From positions 2,144,001 through 2,208,000 of the forward strand of contig CAVYGB010000008.1 in NCBI GenBank assembly GCA_963767925.1: DNA of 64,000 nucleotides, in the 5' to 3' direction. This document shows, in pieces, positions 39,308 to 49,868 of this stretch. How positions within the stretch are numbered: position 1 is the stretch's first letter; the number at the start of each line of letters is the position of its first letter. The DNA is from an uncultured delta proteobacterium. Its GTDB lineage: Bacteria; Myxococcota_A; Polyangia; Fen-1088. The notes beneath the pieces were generated by a model. The model ran no database searches. It worked only from the letters and a program-made list of their open reading frames with translations, and was not told the origin of the DNA. The position numbers and the translations under genes are program-made.

Positions 39308-40036
39308 TCAGGTCGCTTCCCCGAGGAGCGCCTCGAGGCGGGCCTTGTCGAAGCCGATCAGCAGGCGGCCGCGCACGTCGAGGATGGGGACGCGATCGGC
39401 CGGGACGCCAAGGCGGCCAGCCTTCTCACGCAGCTCGCGCGCCGCCGCCGGGTCCCGCTCGATGTCCTTGTCGGCGAAAGGAATGCGCCGTTCCCGGAGG
39501 TAGCTGCGGGCGGATTTGCAGGCGCCACACCAGGACGTACCGTAGAGCGTCACCACGGCGGTGCCGCTGGCGGGAGCGGGAGCGGGCGAACCGGCACCCG
39601 GCGGGGCCGCTGGCGCGGGTGTCCCCGGCGGGGGCAGGACCGACGACGCGCCCGGGGCGAGCTGGGCCAGGGCGCCGGTCTCGAACGCCTGCCGGGACAT
39701 CCCCTTGGCCGCGACCTTTTCTTCGCGGCTCAGCCGGTCCAGGTCCAGCACGTAGACGGTGACACCGTCGCGCCGTTCGTGCGCGGCGCGCGACGGATCC
39801 ACAACCCGCACCAGGCGGCGCGAGCCGGCAGGCACCGCGCTGGCGTCGTCGGTGGTCACGAACCGGCCCGCTTCGTCGGCAAAGGTGAACAGCCACTTGC
39901 CCTGCCGATCGACCTGCAGCTCCGGCAGCGTCCGCTCCTGCACCGGAGGAACCTCCGGAGTCGGCTTCCGGCAGCCACCCAGCGCGGCGGCGAGGAGCAC
40001 GAGGACCAGGGCCCGATCGAGTCGCATGCCGGCCAT
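39308..40036 (-). CDS. Glutaredoxin-domain (NrdH-like) lipoprotein
   Basis: Lipobox LGGC. VTLYGTSWCGAC...IPFADKDIE...VPILDVRGRLLIGFD. Confidence 0.85.
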   Translation of the reverse strand: MAGMRLDRALVLVLLAAALGGCRKPTPEVPPVQERTLPELQVDRQGKWLFTFADEAGRFVTTDDASAVPAGSRRLVRVVDPSRAAHERRDGVTVYVLDLDRLSREEKVAAKGMSRQAFETGALAQLAPGASSVLPPPGTPAPAAPPGAGSPAPAPASGTAVVTLYGTSWCGACKSARSYLRERRIPFADKDIERDPAAARELREKAGRLGVPADRVPILDVRGRLLIGFDKARLEALLGEAT

Positions 40037-40047
40037 CTTAGCGCGCG

Positions 40048-40638
40048 TCACGGTGCGCGGCGCTGCCGGCGGCTCTCGTCGATCGGTTTGGCCCGGGGCT
40101 GCGAGAGCTTCCGCACCGCCTGGTCGACGGCCAGCTTGACCGCCTGCACCAGAGCGTCTTTCGTCAACGCCGCCGTCTCCTCGGGCAGGCGGCGCTCGAT
40201 CACCTCCGCCTCGACGGTGGCCTCCCCGTCACCCCCGAAGGCCAGCTTCGCCTCGGGGATGGTGGCGCCGAACACCGAGAGCTTGACCCCCACCGCGAGC
40301 TGCTTGAGCCGGCCGCCGGGCCGGGGCGGCTTGGGCTCGGTCCGGAGGTCCTCGAGCTTCATCGAGACGTTGAATCCTTGCAGCTTGCGACGCTTGAGCT
40401 CCGCAACCAGCGCGGGCTCGTCGGACACCTCGCCCACGTCGGAGGTGAACTCCTTGCGCCGGGCGAGCTCCTGATGCAGGACCGCCTTCGCCACCTCGAG
40501 CGTGGCCGCATCCGTCTGCGCGGCTGCGTTGACGTCGCGCACGTGAAAGTAATACCTCGGCCTGGGCGCGGCCAGCGCGGGCGCCGCCAGCGTGCTCAGG
40601 AAGCCGGCGAGCAAGGCCAGCGCGACCCCGATTCTCAT
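40048..40638 (-). CDS. Secreted hypothetical protein
   Basis: Start MRIGVALALL with a signal peptide ending ALA. Co-oriented with the downstream genes. Confidence 0.7.
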   Translation of the reverse strand: MRIGVALALLAGFLSTLAAPALAAPRPRYYFHVRDVNAAAQTDAATLEVAKAVLHQELARRKEFTSDVGEVSDEPALVAELKRRKLQGFNVSMKLEDLRTEPKPPRPGGRLKQLAVGVKLSVFGATIPEAKLAFGGDGEATVEAEVIERRLPEETAALTKDALVQAVKLAVDQAVRKLSQPRAKPIDESRRQRRAP

Positions 40639-40668
40639 GCGTGGCAGATTGTATACTCCGGCCGCCCC

Positions 40669-40869
40669 ATGGCCGCCCAGATCGCTCCCGCCCCACCTCC
40701 GCCTCGAAGAGATCGCACCACCCTGGTGGTCCGGCTCGGTCTCCTCGCTCTGTTCTTGCTGGGCGTGTTGACGGTCTTCGGCGAGTCGCTCGTCGCGGCC
40801 GTGTTCCCGCCGGGCGAACCGGCCACCACGAACGCCCCCGCCACCGTCGGAACAGAGCCCGGTCGCTGA
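40669..40869 (+). CDS. Small single-TM protein, Flp-pilin-like
   Basis: 66 aa: MAAQIAPAPPPPRRDRTTLVVRLGLLALFLLGVLTVFGESLVAAVFPP... Lies upstream of a CpaF-like gene. Lacks the canonical G|xxxxEY prepilin motif. Confidence 0.5.
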   Translation: MAAQIAPAPPPPRRDRTTLVVRLGLLALFLLGVLTVFGESLVAAVFPPGEPATTNAPATVGTEPGR

Positions 40870-41000
40870 GGGCGAACCCGATCGCGCGCAAGGTGCTCGC
40901 GCACCCCTCGATCCGTCGAGCGCCGACGGGAAATGGAGGGTCAAGGCGCGATTCTCAATTGACTTGACCGGGCTGATCGCCCGGCTTAGCGTCAAATTCC

Positions 41001-42746
41001 ATGGTGACATTGGTCCTCACCGAAAAGGGCGGCGAGACGAAGCAATTGAGCTTCGACAAGGACGAGGTAACGATTGGACGGGTCCAGGGCAACGATTTAG
41101 TTCTCCCGAAGGGAAATGTATCGAAGCGGCACTGCCGGATCATGGTCCAAGGTAGTCGCTTCTCCGTCGAGGACCTGAAGAGCACCAACGGCACCTACAT
41201 CAACGGCCGCAAGATCGGCGAGCCCACCGGGATCACCGGCGCCGACAAGATCTACGTGGGGGACTTCGTTTTGAAGGTGGAGAACGCCGAGATGGACGGC
41301 GGCGGCGTCAGCATCGCGGAGGCCGGTGCGCTCAGCACCGCCATCCCCCGCCGCCCCCCCCCGCCCCCCGCCCCCGGGCGCCAGACGGCCACCATGCGGG
41401 CGATGGACGAGGAGGCCCTGGCGGAGATCCAGGCCCGGGCCAGCGCGCGCGCCAACCTCCCCCCGCCCCCGCCGCTGGGCCGCCGGGACAGCCCGGTGTC
41501 ACTGCCTTCGCTCGGCGACGACCTCGGCGAAGACAACGACCTGGCCCCGCCGCCTCCCTCGGAGGTCGACCTCGACGAGGAGGCGCTGTCGCCGCGCCCC
41601 CGGCTGCCGGTCCCTCCGCTGAAGTCGCCCCGCCCCCTGCTGGGCGACGACGACGACCACCGGGACGAGCTCGGGCTCGAGGAGCCACGACCGCTGCCCC
41701 GGCGGGTGCCCACCCCCAAGCGGGCCCCCTCCCCGGTGCCGAGCTCGCCGGACGGGATCGCCGCCTGGATGCGCGAGCAGCTCGCCGGCGAAGGCGCCTC
41801 GGCGATCTACGTGACCGGCTCGCAGGTCGAGATCGAGCGCAACGGCCGCCGCGATCCCACCGACCTGCCGCCCGGCATCTCCCTCGAGGCGGCGGTGCGC
41901 GCGCTGGCCGCCGGGGGCAGCCCCCGCCCGGCCGCCGACACGCGGGTGGTCAACGTGCTCTTGCCGGAAAATGCCAGGCTGGCTGCGATCTTTCCCCCGG
42001 TCGCGACCGAGCTGTGCGCCACCATCCAGAAGCTCGCCCCCTCGGGCCACACGCTCTCCGACCTGGCCCTGAGCGGGGTGCTGTCCCAGGACGCGCGCGA
42101 GCTGCTCGAGGCCTGCGTGGCCACCCGGCGCAACATCCTGCTGGGCGGCGACGGCCGCGCCCTGCATGCGCTCGTGCAGGCCACGGCCGCCGCCATCCCG
42201 CCCCGGCTGCGGGTGGTCTCGCTGGCCGACGCGGTGACGCCGCCCCCCGAGGCGAACTGGATCAAGCTGAGCACCGAGACCCGCGTCTCGGACATCGTGC
42301 TGGCGGCGGCGTCACTCCGGCCCGACTACCTCGTGGTCGAGGTGACCGCGCCCGCGCTGGCGACGGACGTCCTCACCCAGTGTGTGCTCGGCCAGGAGGG
42401 CACCATCGTCGCGGTGGCCGCGCGCTCGGCCTCCGACGCCGTCCAGCGGCTGGCCGCCCTGGCCGGCCCGGCGCTCGGCGGCACGGCTCAGGCCCGTGAG
42501 CTGGCGGCGGACGCCTTCGACCTCGTGGTCTGCGCCGGGACGCTGGCCGACGGCAGCCTGCGGGTGCTGGAGATCGGCGAGCCCAAGTCCGACGGATTGG
42601 GCCACGTCACGGTGGCGCCGGTGATCGTCTGGGCCTCGGAGAAGGGGCGCGGCGGACAGTTCGAGGTGGCCGGCAAGCTCTCTCGCCTCGCGGGAACCCT
42701 GGGGTCGCGCGGCGTGCAGTTGCCGCGCAGCCTCGGCCGCAAGTAG
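41001..42746 (+). CDS. FHA domain + Pro/acidic linker + degenerate CpaF/TadA (VirB11-family) ATPase-like domain
   Basis: FHA: VTIGRVQGNDLVLPKGNVSKRHC...EDLKSTNGTYING. CpaF-like: VNVLLPENARLAAIFPP...TIQK...LSDLALSGVLS...LEACVATRRNILL...LRPDYLVVEV. Walker A GKT is absent. Confidence 0.8.
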   Translation: MVTLVLTEKGGETKQLSFDKDEVTIGRVQGNDLVLPKGNVSKRHCRIMVQGSRFSVEDLKSTNGTYINGRKIGEPTGITGADKIYVGDFVLKVENAEMDGGGVSIAEAGALSTAIPRRPPPPPAPGRQTATMRAMDEEALAEIQARASARANLPPPPPLGRRDSPVSLPSLGDDLGEDNDLAPPPPSEVDLDEEALSPRPRLPVPPLKSPRPLLGDDDDHRDELGLEEPRPLPRRVPTPKRAPSPVPSSPDGIAAWMREQLAGEGASAIYVTGSQVEIERNGRRDPTDLPPGISLEAAVRALAAGGSPRPAADTRVVNVLLPENARLAAIFPPVATELCATIQKLAPSGHTLSDLALSGVLSQDARELLEACVATRRNILLGGDGRALHALVQATAAAIPPRLRVVSLADAVTPPPEANWIKLSTETRVSDIVLAAASLRPDYLVVEVTAPALATDVLTQCVLGQEGTIVAVAARSASDAVQRLAALAGPALGGTAQARELAADAFDLVVCAGTLADGSLRVLEIGEPKSDGLGHVTVAPVIVWASEKGRGGQFEVAGKLSRLAGTLGSRGVQLPRSLGRK

Positions 42747-42761
42747 CGCTGGCAGGCCAAG

Positions 42762-43790
42762 GTGGCCGGCCGGCGTGCAGGAACCCCGCTCTACTTCGAG
42801 CCGCTGCGGACCGCCGCCGCTCGCCTCGCCGACGGGCTGGTGCGGCTCGCTCCGCCCGCGACCCGCGCCGAGCTCGCCGCCGCGGAGCGGGAGCTGGGAC
42901 GCCCGCTGCCCCCGGTCTACGCCGAGCTGCTGAGCTCGTTCAACGGGCTCGATCTGTTCGGCGAATCGATCGTCGTGCTGGGCGTCGGGGCGGCCCCCTT
43001 CGGCTCCCTCGTCGCCGCCAATCGACCGCCCCAGCCCGATCGGCTGGCGCCGGGAGAGCTCGTGTTCGGCCAGACCTCCGAGGGGGACCTGCTCGCGCTC
43101 GATCCGGAGCGGGTCATTCGCCTGCGCCCCGACGCCGACGAGCGCTGGCTGGAGGGGACCGATCTTCCCTGCTGGCTCGAGGCGAGCATCGCCCGCGAGG
43201 AGGTCGTCTACGACCGGGAGGGCGAGTTCAAGCTGGAGGCGTTCGAGCCCGACGGGGAGGTGACGGCCGCGTACGGGCTCAAGCAGGCCGAGCGCGCGGT
43301 CCGCAAAGATCCGGGCTCGGCCTTTGCCCAGTACGAGCTGGGTCAGGCCCTCCGGCGGCTCGACCGGCTGGACCGGGCGCAGGCCGCTCTCGCCCGGGCC
43401 GGGGCCCTCGATCCCGACAACCCCTGGCCCTGGTTCGACCTCGGCCGCACCCAGCACGCCCTCGAGGAGCACGGGCCGGCGGCGCAGTCGTTCCAGGAGG
43501 CCGCCCGCGCGGCGCCCGGACCGGCGGGCGCGCGTTTCCTCCTCTGGGCGGCCCGCTGCCTCGTCGCCCAGCGCGACCGCGCCTCCGCGGCGGCCGCCGA
43601 TGGGCTGCTCGCGGAGGCCCGCCGTCGTCACCCCGCGCTCGTCGATGACCTGCGCCTGGCGGCCGAAGCGGATCCCGAGAGCGACGCCCAGGAGCTGCTC
43701 CGCCTGGTGGAGGCCGACGTGCCACAGCGGCGCCGCTTGCCCCTGCTGGCCGACCCGCCGAAGCCACCGAAGCCGCCCACCCGCCGCTGA
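42762..43790 (+). CDS. SMI1/KNR4 (SUKH) domain protein with C-terminal TPRs
   Basis: PPATRAELAAAERELGRPLPPVYAELLSSFNG (SUKH core). TPRs AQYELGQALRRL...ALDPDNPWPWFDLGR. Confidence 0.85.
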   Translation: MAGRRAGTPLYFEPLRTAAARLADGLVRLAPPATRAELAAAERELGRPLPPVYAELLSSFNGLDLFGESIVVLGVGAAPFGSLVAANRPPQPDRLAPGELVFGQTSEGDLLALDPERVIRLRPDADERWLEGTDLPCWLEASIAREEVVYDREGEFKLEAFEPDGEVTAAYGLKQAERAVRKDPGSAFAQYELGQALRRLDRLDRAQAALARAGALDPDNPWPWFDLGRTQHALEEHGPAAQSFQEAARAAPGPAGARFLLWAARCLVAQRDRASAAAADGLLAEARRRHPALVDDLRLAAEADPESDAQELLRLVEADVPQRRRLPLLADPPKPPKPPTRR

Positions 43791-43794
43791 GCGG

Positions 43795-45255
43795 TCAGGG
43801 GACCGGAGCTTCGCCGATCGCGACGAGCGATCCGGCGGCGTCTTTGCCCCGCAAGACCGCCGCCACCCTCCGCACACCCGCTGGCAGCGCCACCTGGAAC
43901 AGGCTACCCGCCTCGAACGACCGGCGCTCCGATCCGGTGGGCACGGCGAGCGCGGTCCGCTTGCCGTCGACATCCTCGGTATAGAGGGTGAGGGTCCCCT
44001 CGGCCTTGCCCCCCGCCGGCCCCTCCAGGGTCACGTTCACGCGTCCGCCCTGGAAGCTGAAGGAGAAGCCCCCACGCAGCAGGTGATCGACCATCCCGGC
44101 GGCGTAGCCGGCGACCTCGGGCAGGAGTGCCTCGGCCGCATCGGCGTACACCCGCTCGTCGAGGAAGAAGTGCACGCGGTTGGGCAGCCGCTCGTAGGCC
44201 AGCGCCCGCCGGCCTTCGATCAGCATGTGCTGCGTGCCCGGCTTGCGCAGCTCCAGGCGCCCCAGGGTGGGATGGGGATATTCGAGCGAGGCCCGGGCTG
44301 CCTCCACCACATCCCGGGGCGTGCTGGCGGCGTCGACCGGGACGTCCTCGGGCAGGGTCCCCTCGGAGAAGAACCGGCGCTGCGTCCGGTCGGCCAGCCC
44401 CTCCCCGTCCCGGGCGGAGAAGAAGCCCTCGAAGCTCGGGCGCCCCACCACCTGGCGAGGCCCGGGCACCCCGATGCGTCCGAACCGATCGGCGACGAAC
44501 CGCTGGAAGGTCGAGGTCTCGTCCCCGTCGCCCCCCCGGCCCAGGTAGGCGGCCCGGAAGTCGTTGCGCACGTGGGCCGGCTCGCCCACGTCCTGCAGCG
44601 CTGCCAGTAGACCGCCCAGGGCCATCAGGGACCGCACCAGGGCCGCCTCGCGGGCGGTCGGATCGGGCGCCGACACGGCCTGGGCGAGCTGCTCCTCGAA
44701 GACCGGTAGCCCCTGGTCGTTCTGGGGCGCCTTGACCCACTCGAGGGCGGCCTTGCCCGTCAGATCGAACACCGTGCCGGAGGCCAGGCCCCGCAGGCTG
44801 CCCCCATCCTCGAGGGCCAGCCGGACGGCGTGGGCCGGCCCGGAGAGGCCGCCGCCGTCGTCCAGGCCCTGGCCGCTGCGCGGATCGAGGAAGTGGTTGC
44901 GCCCGCGTTCGGGCGGCGTCTCGGCCAGGACCGCGCCGGCCGTGACCCAGGCCAGGGCGGGGGCCATCCCGTCGGCGTCGGGCCGGTAGCCGCCCTCGGG
45001 ATCGAGGGCCATCAGCCGGGCCCAGAGCCCGCGGCGGCGCCCCGGCTCGAGCAGCCGGGAGTGCAGGCCGAGCGGCTCGAACCCGCCCAGCGATCGCCCG
45101 AGCCGGCGCGACAGCACCTTGTGAAAGCTGGAGGCAGCGAGCGCGCGCTGGGTGAGCCCGGCCTGGGTGGTGGCCGGGTCCCAGGCAAACGCGGGCGGGG
45201 CCGTCAGGCTGGCCGCCAGCCAGGTCGCCGCCAGGATCCTCGTCGACTTCCTCAC
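43795..45255 (-). CDS. Secreted protein with a phospholipase C / P1-nuclease-like N-terminal fold (metal ligands partly lost)
   Basis: GTGA overlap. Signal peptide ending AFA followed by W. Motifs RGRNHFLDP and ALGGLLAALQDVGEPAHVRND. Confidence 0.55.
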   Translation of the reverse strand: MRKSTRILAATWLAASLTAPPAFAWDPATTQAGLTQRALAASSFHKVLSRRLGRSLGGFEPLGLHSRLLEPGRRRGLWARLMALDPEGGYRPDADGMAPALAWVTAGAVLAETPPERGRNHFLDPRSGQGLDDGGGLSGPAHAVRLALEDGGSLRGLASGTVFDLTGKAALEWVKAPQNDQGLPVFEEQLAQAVSAPDPTAREAALVRSLMALGGLLAALQDVGEPAHVRNDFRAAYLGRGGDGDETSTFQRFVADRFGRIGVPGPRQVVGRPSFEGFFSARDGEGLADRTQRRFFSEGTLPEDVPVDAASTPRDVVEAARASLEYPHPTLGRLELRKPGTQHMLIEGRRALAYERLPNRVHFFLDERVYADAAEALLPEVAGYAAGMVDHLLRGGFSFSFQGGRVNVTLEGPAGGKAEGTLTLYTEDVDGKRTALAVPTGSERRSFEAGSLFQVALPAGVRRVAAVLRGKDAAGSLVAIGEAPVP

Positions 45256-46409
45256 GGGCGGGGCCCCTGGGGCGCCGGGTTGGCCGGCGTGGGCGGGGCC
45301 GGGGTGGCCGGCGCCGGCGCAGGTGGGGCGGGGGTCGCCGGCCCTGGCGCCTGCAAGTCGGGCACGTGGCTCTCGACCAGCTTGGCCAGCCGGAGCACGG
45401 CCGCCGGATCGGAACATTGCCCGGAGCCGCAGCTCAGCGAGGCCACCACGCCGCGCTCCCGCAGCAGGAAGGCCAGGCCCAGCACGTCCCCGGCCCGCGC
45501 CCGCAAGGAGGCATCTCCCACCTCGGTGCCGGGGGTGGCGCCCGGGAGCTCACCGAGCAGCTTGCGGAACTGCGCCTCGGCGCCGGCGGCCGGCAGGCGC
45601 CACAGCCGCAAGGCGACGTCGAAGCTCTCGGGTTGACCGCGCGCCTTGAAGTGGCGGCTGTCGTAGAACTCGGTCCGGGGCAGGTCGATCAACCGCCCCA
45701 CCTCGAACTCGCCGATGTAGCCGGTCACGCCCCGCACCTCCTCCTCGGACAGCAGGGGGGTGGCATCGAGCAGCGCCGGACCGCCCGGGACCGGCGTCCC
45801 GTCCGGGCTGATGGTCGGCCGCTGCCCCTCGAGCTCCATCGCCGCCGCCTGCACCTCTGGAAGGAGGGCGGTCCGCACCGTCGCCCCGCCGCCCAGGAAC
45901 ACGACGTGCTGCTGGTGCGAGAGGCTCTCCCGCCACTTCTCGAGCCGGACGCGGTTGTTGCGCTGGCTGAAGTCCCGGCGCGAGGTCCCCTCGGGGAAGC
46001 GGCGGTCGCTGCGCCAGCCGACGTAGCCCTTCTGGTAGACGATGAGGGTGAACCGGCGCACGCGCATCGACCCGCCCGAGGGCAAGCTGTCGAGGGCGGA
46101 GATGGCGTAACGTCCGTCGGCGCCGGTCTCGGTGGCGACCTCCACCGCGCCGGCGGGGCCCACCAGCCCGAGGCCGCGCTCGAAGGCCCAGGACCCGGTG
46201 ACCACCGCCCCCGGGATGGGCCGGTCGGTCTCGCCGTCGACAACCATGCCCTCGAAGGGGCCCAGCAGATCGCCCGGCGCCATGGTGTCGGGCCGGTAGG
46301 AGAACGGCGCCCGTTCGACCAGAGGACCGCAGCCACCGCTCACCGAGAGCGCGACGAGCGCGACCGCACAGCGAGAGCTCCGAGGGAATTTGCCTTCACG
46401 AACGCGCAC
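45252..46409 (-). CDS. Lipoprotein with a carboxypeptidase-regulatory-like (transthyretin-like) domain
   Basis: Start taken at GTG 46409. Lipobox SGGC. GMVVDGETDRPIPGAVV...ETGADGRYAI...IVYQKGY. Confidence 0.75.
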   Translation of the reverse strand: MRVREGKFPRSSRCAVALVALSVSGGCGPLVERAPFSYRPDTMAPGDLLGPFEGMVVDGETDRPIPGAVVTGSWAFERGLGLVGPAGAVEVATETGADGRYAISALDSLPSGGSMRVRRFTLIVYQKGYVGWRSDRRFPEGTSRRDFSQRNNRVRLEKWRESLSHQQHVVFLGGGATVRTALLPEVQAAAMELEGQRPTISPDGTPVPGGPALLDATPLLSEEEVRGVTGYIGEFEVGRLIDLPRTEFYDSRHFKARGQPESFDVALRLWRLPAAGAEAQFRKLLGELPGATPGTEVGDASLRARAGDVLGLAFLLRERGVVASLSCGSGQCSDPAAVLRLAKLVESHVPDLQAPGPATPAPPAPAPATPAPPTPANPAPQGPRP

Positions 46410-46515
46410 GTGCGGACCTGGTCTCAACACGTCTAACAACATCCCAGCAAGATGACAATCCCCATGCAAACCGCCCACCGCGCGCTCTTTTTGCGATAAG
46501 CTCCTCGTCGGAGAC

Positions 46516-47382
46516 ATGTCGAGTTGCCCGCGATGTGGAGGCGTCAACTCCGAGGCCGGACCCTACTGCCAGTTCTGTGGCGCCAGTCTCTCTGGCCCAT
46601 CGGCTCCGGCTGCTGCCGAGCTCGCCTGCGCGAGCTGTGGCAACCCCAATCCGGCCGGCACCAACTTCTGTCACTACTGCGGTAACCACCTGGAGGCCCC
46701 CGCCGCCGAGGCCCCCTCGGCGGGTCCTCGCCGCGACCGTCCTCAGGCCCGTCTGGTGGCGGTCCGGCGGGATGGCAGCGACGGCGACAGCTACAAGGTC
46801 GAAGGGGAGCAGTTCGACATCGGCCGCAGCGAGGGCGACCTGGTCTTCGAGGATCCCCACATGGCCCCCCGCCACGCCCGCATCCTCTTTCGCAACGGGC
46901 AGCACCTGGTGCAGCCCCTGGAGGTACGCAATGGCGTATATGTGCGCATCCGGCAGCCGGCGGAGCTGTTCGACGGAGATCAGTTCTTGATCGGCAAGCA
47001 GGTGCTCCGGTTCGAGGTCCCCTTCGAGGTGGAAAAGACGTTACGTCCTGCGGTAGAACACGGCGTAGTGTTTTTCGGAACCCCGGTGCTCCCCCCATGG
47101 GGCCGGCTGCGGCAGCTCACGGCAGCCGGGACCAGTCGGGACGTCTACCATCTCACCCGGGTGGAGGTGACCCTGGGCCGCGAACAGGGCGACATCGTCT
47201 TCGGCGACGACGAGTTCCTGTCGCGCCGACATGCCCAGGTTCACTACATCAGCAACCGTGTGACCCTCGTGGACCTGGGTAGCTCGAACGGTAGCTTTGT
47301 ACGCCTTCGCAGCCAGCACATGTTGACTCCGGGAGAACAGATCCGGATTGGCGACGAGCTGCTCCGCTTCGAGATAGGATAG
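46516..47382 (+). CDS. Double zinc-ribbon + tandem FHA domain protein
   Basis: GGAG RBS. CPRC...CQFCG and CASC...CHYCG. FHA1 DIGRSEG...HMAPRHA...NGVY. FHA2 TLGREQG...FLSRRHA...GSSNGSF. Confidence 0.9.
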   Translation: MSSCPRCGGVNSEAGPYCQFCGASLSGPSAPAAAELACASCGNPNPAGTNFCHYCGNHLEAPAAEAPSAGPRRDRPQARLVAVRRDGSDGDSYKVEGEQFDIGRSEGDLVFEDPHMAPRHARILFRNGQHLVQPLEVRNGVYVRIRQPAELFDGDQFLIGKQVLRFEVPFEVEKTLRPAVEHGVVFFGTPVLPPWGRLRQLTAAGTSRDVYHLTRVEVTLGREQGDIVFGDDEFLSRRHAQVHYISNRVTLVDLGSSNGSFVRLRSQHMLTPGEQIRIGDELLRFEIG

Positions 47383-47419
47383 AAAGAGGCTCGGAGCATG
47401 CTCTCGTCCCGGGCCCTGC

Positions 47420-48684
47420 ATGGATAGCCCCCCGGACATCAGGATCGCGGCGTTCGGCAAGACCGACGTGGGGTTGATCCGCGAGCACAACGAGGACAAC
47501 CTCCTCATCGCCGACGTCAGCCGGTCGCTGCGCCGTGGAAACACGAGCGAGCCGCTGGCCATGGACCTCGGGTCCAAGGGGGCGCTGTTCCTCGTGTGCG
47601 ACGGGATGGGCGGGGCGGCCGCGGGCGAGGTCGCCTCCCAGATGGCGGTCGAGGTCATCGCCGGGACCCTGGAGGCCGCCGACCCCATGGATCGGGACCG
47701 CTTCGCCCGCCGGATGCGCCAGGCGATCGAGGAGGCCAACGACCGCATCTTCGCCCAGTCCCGGGACAACCAGAACGAGCGGGGCATGGGCACCACCTGC
47801 ACCGCCGTCGGCCTCGTCGACGGCACCCTGGTGGTCGGGCAGATCGGCGACTCCCGCTGTTACGTCATGCGGGGGGGCCGGCTGGCCCAGGTCACCAAGG
47901 ACCAGTCCCTCGCCTGGCAGCTCATGGAGGCGGGGGCCATGACCGCCGAGGAGGCCAAGGGCTTCGAGCACGCCAACATCATCCTGCAGGCGCTCGGCGT
48001 GCAGGAGCGGGTGGAGGTGGTCATGTCCCAGGTCGAGCTGCGGCGGGGCGACCTCGTGCTGGTGAGCTCCGACGGGCTGCACGGCCCGGTGAGCGACGAG
48101 GAGATCCTGCAGGTGCTGCAGGAGGAGCGGGACCTCAAGCGGGCCTGCGACCGGCTCGTCGGGCGGGCGCTCGAGCGGGAAGGCCCCGACAACGTGACGG
48201 TGGTTGTGGCGCGCTTCGACGGCCCCGGTCTGCCCGACCCCCGCCCGGAGGAGCTCGTCGACTTCGTCCCCTACGACCCGGGCTACGATCCCTCGGAGCC
48301 ACCCCGCCTCCGCAACGACCTCGCCGAGAAGGTCACGGTCGAGGTCACGGTGCCGAAGGAGGCCATCCGGCTGACCGGAGGCGGACACGACGCCATCGGG
48401 GCCTCCCCCTCGGGCACGCAGCGGGGCCGGGTCGGCGAGGCGGCGGGAGAGGCCAACGCCATGTTGAGCTTCTTGCTGGTGACCCTGCTGGCGGCGACCG
48501 CCGCCGGGGCCTTCGTCCACTGCGATCGCAGCCGCACCCGCGAACGCGAGGAGCAGGCCGCGGCGGCCGGCGAGCAGGTCAAGGCCCAGGAGATCCGGGA
48601 GCGGGGGAAAAACGACCGCCGGCCAGCGACAAGCCGGCGACCGACACGGCGCCGGAAGCCAAGGCTCCGGATCCGGAGCCCTGA
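47420..48684 (+). CDS. PP2C/PPM-family Ser/Thr phosphatase (Stp1-like) with a C-terminal TM; probable frameshift at ~48603-48612
   Basis: TDVGLIREHNED, VCDGMGG, GMGTTC, IGDSRCY, SDGL, GPDNVT. The uncorrected frame runs implausibly across the kinase gene to 49993. A -1 shift in GGGGGAAAAA gives ...EKRPPASDKPATDTAPEAKAPDPEP* ending at 48684. Confidence 0.88.
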
Positions 48685-48698
48685 GCGCACCACCGGCC

Positions 48699-49856
<1,158 letters not shown>

Positions 49857-49868
49857 GCCGGGGGGCGC

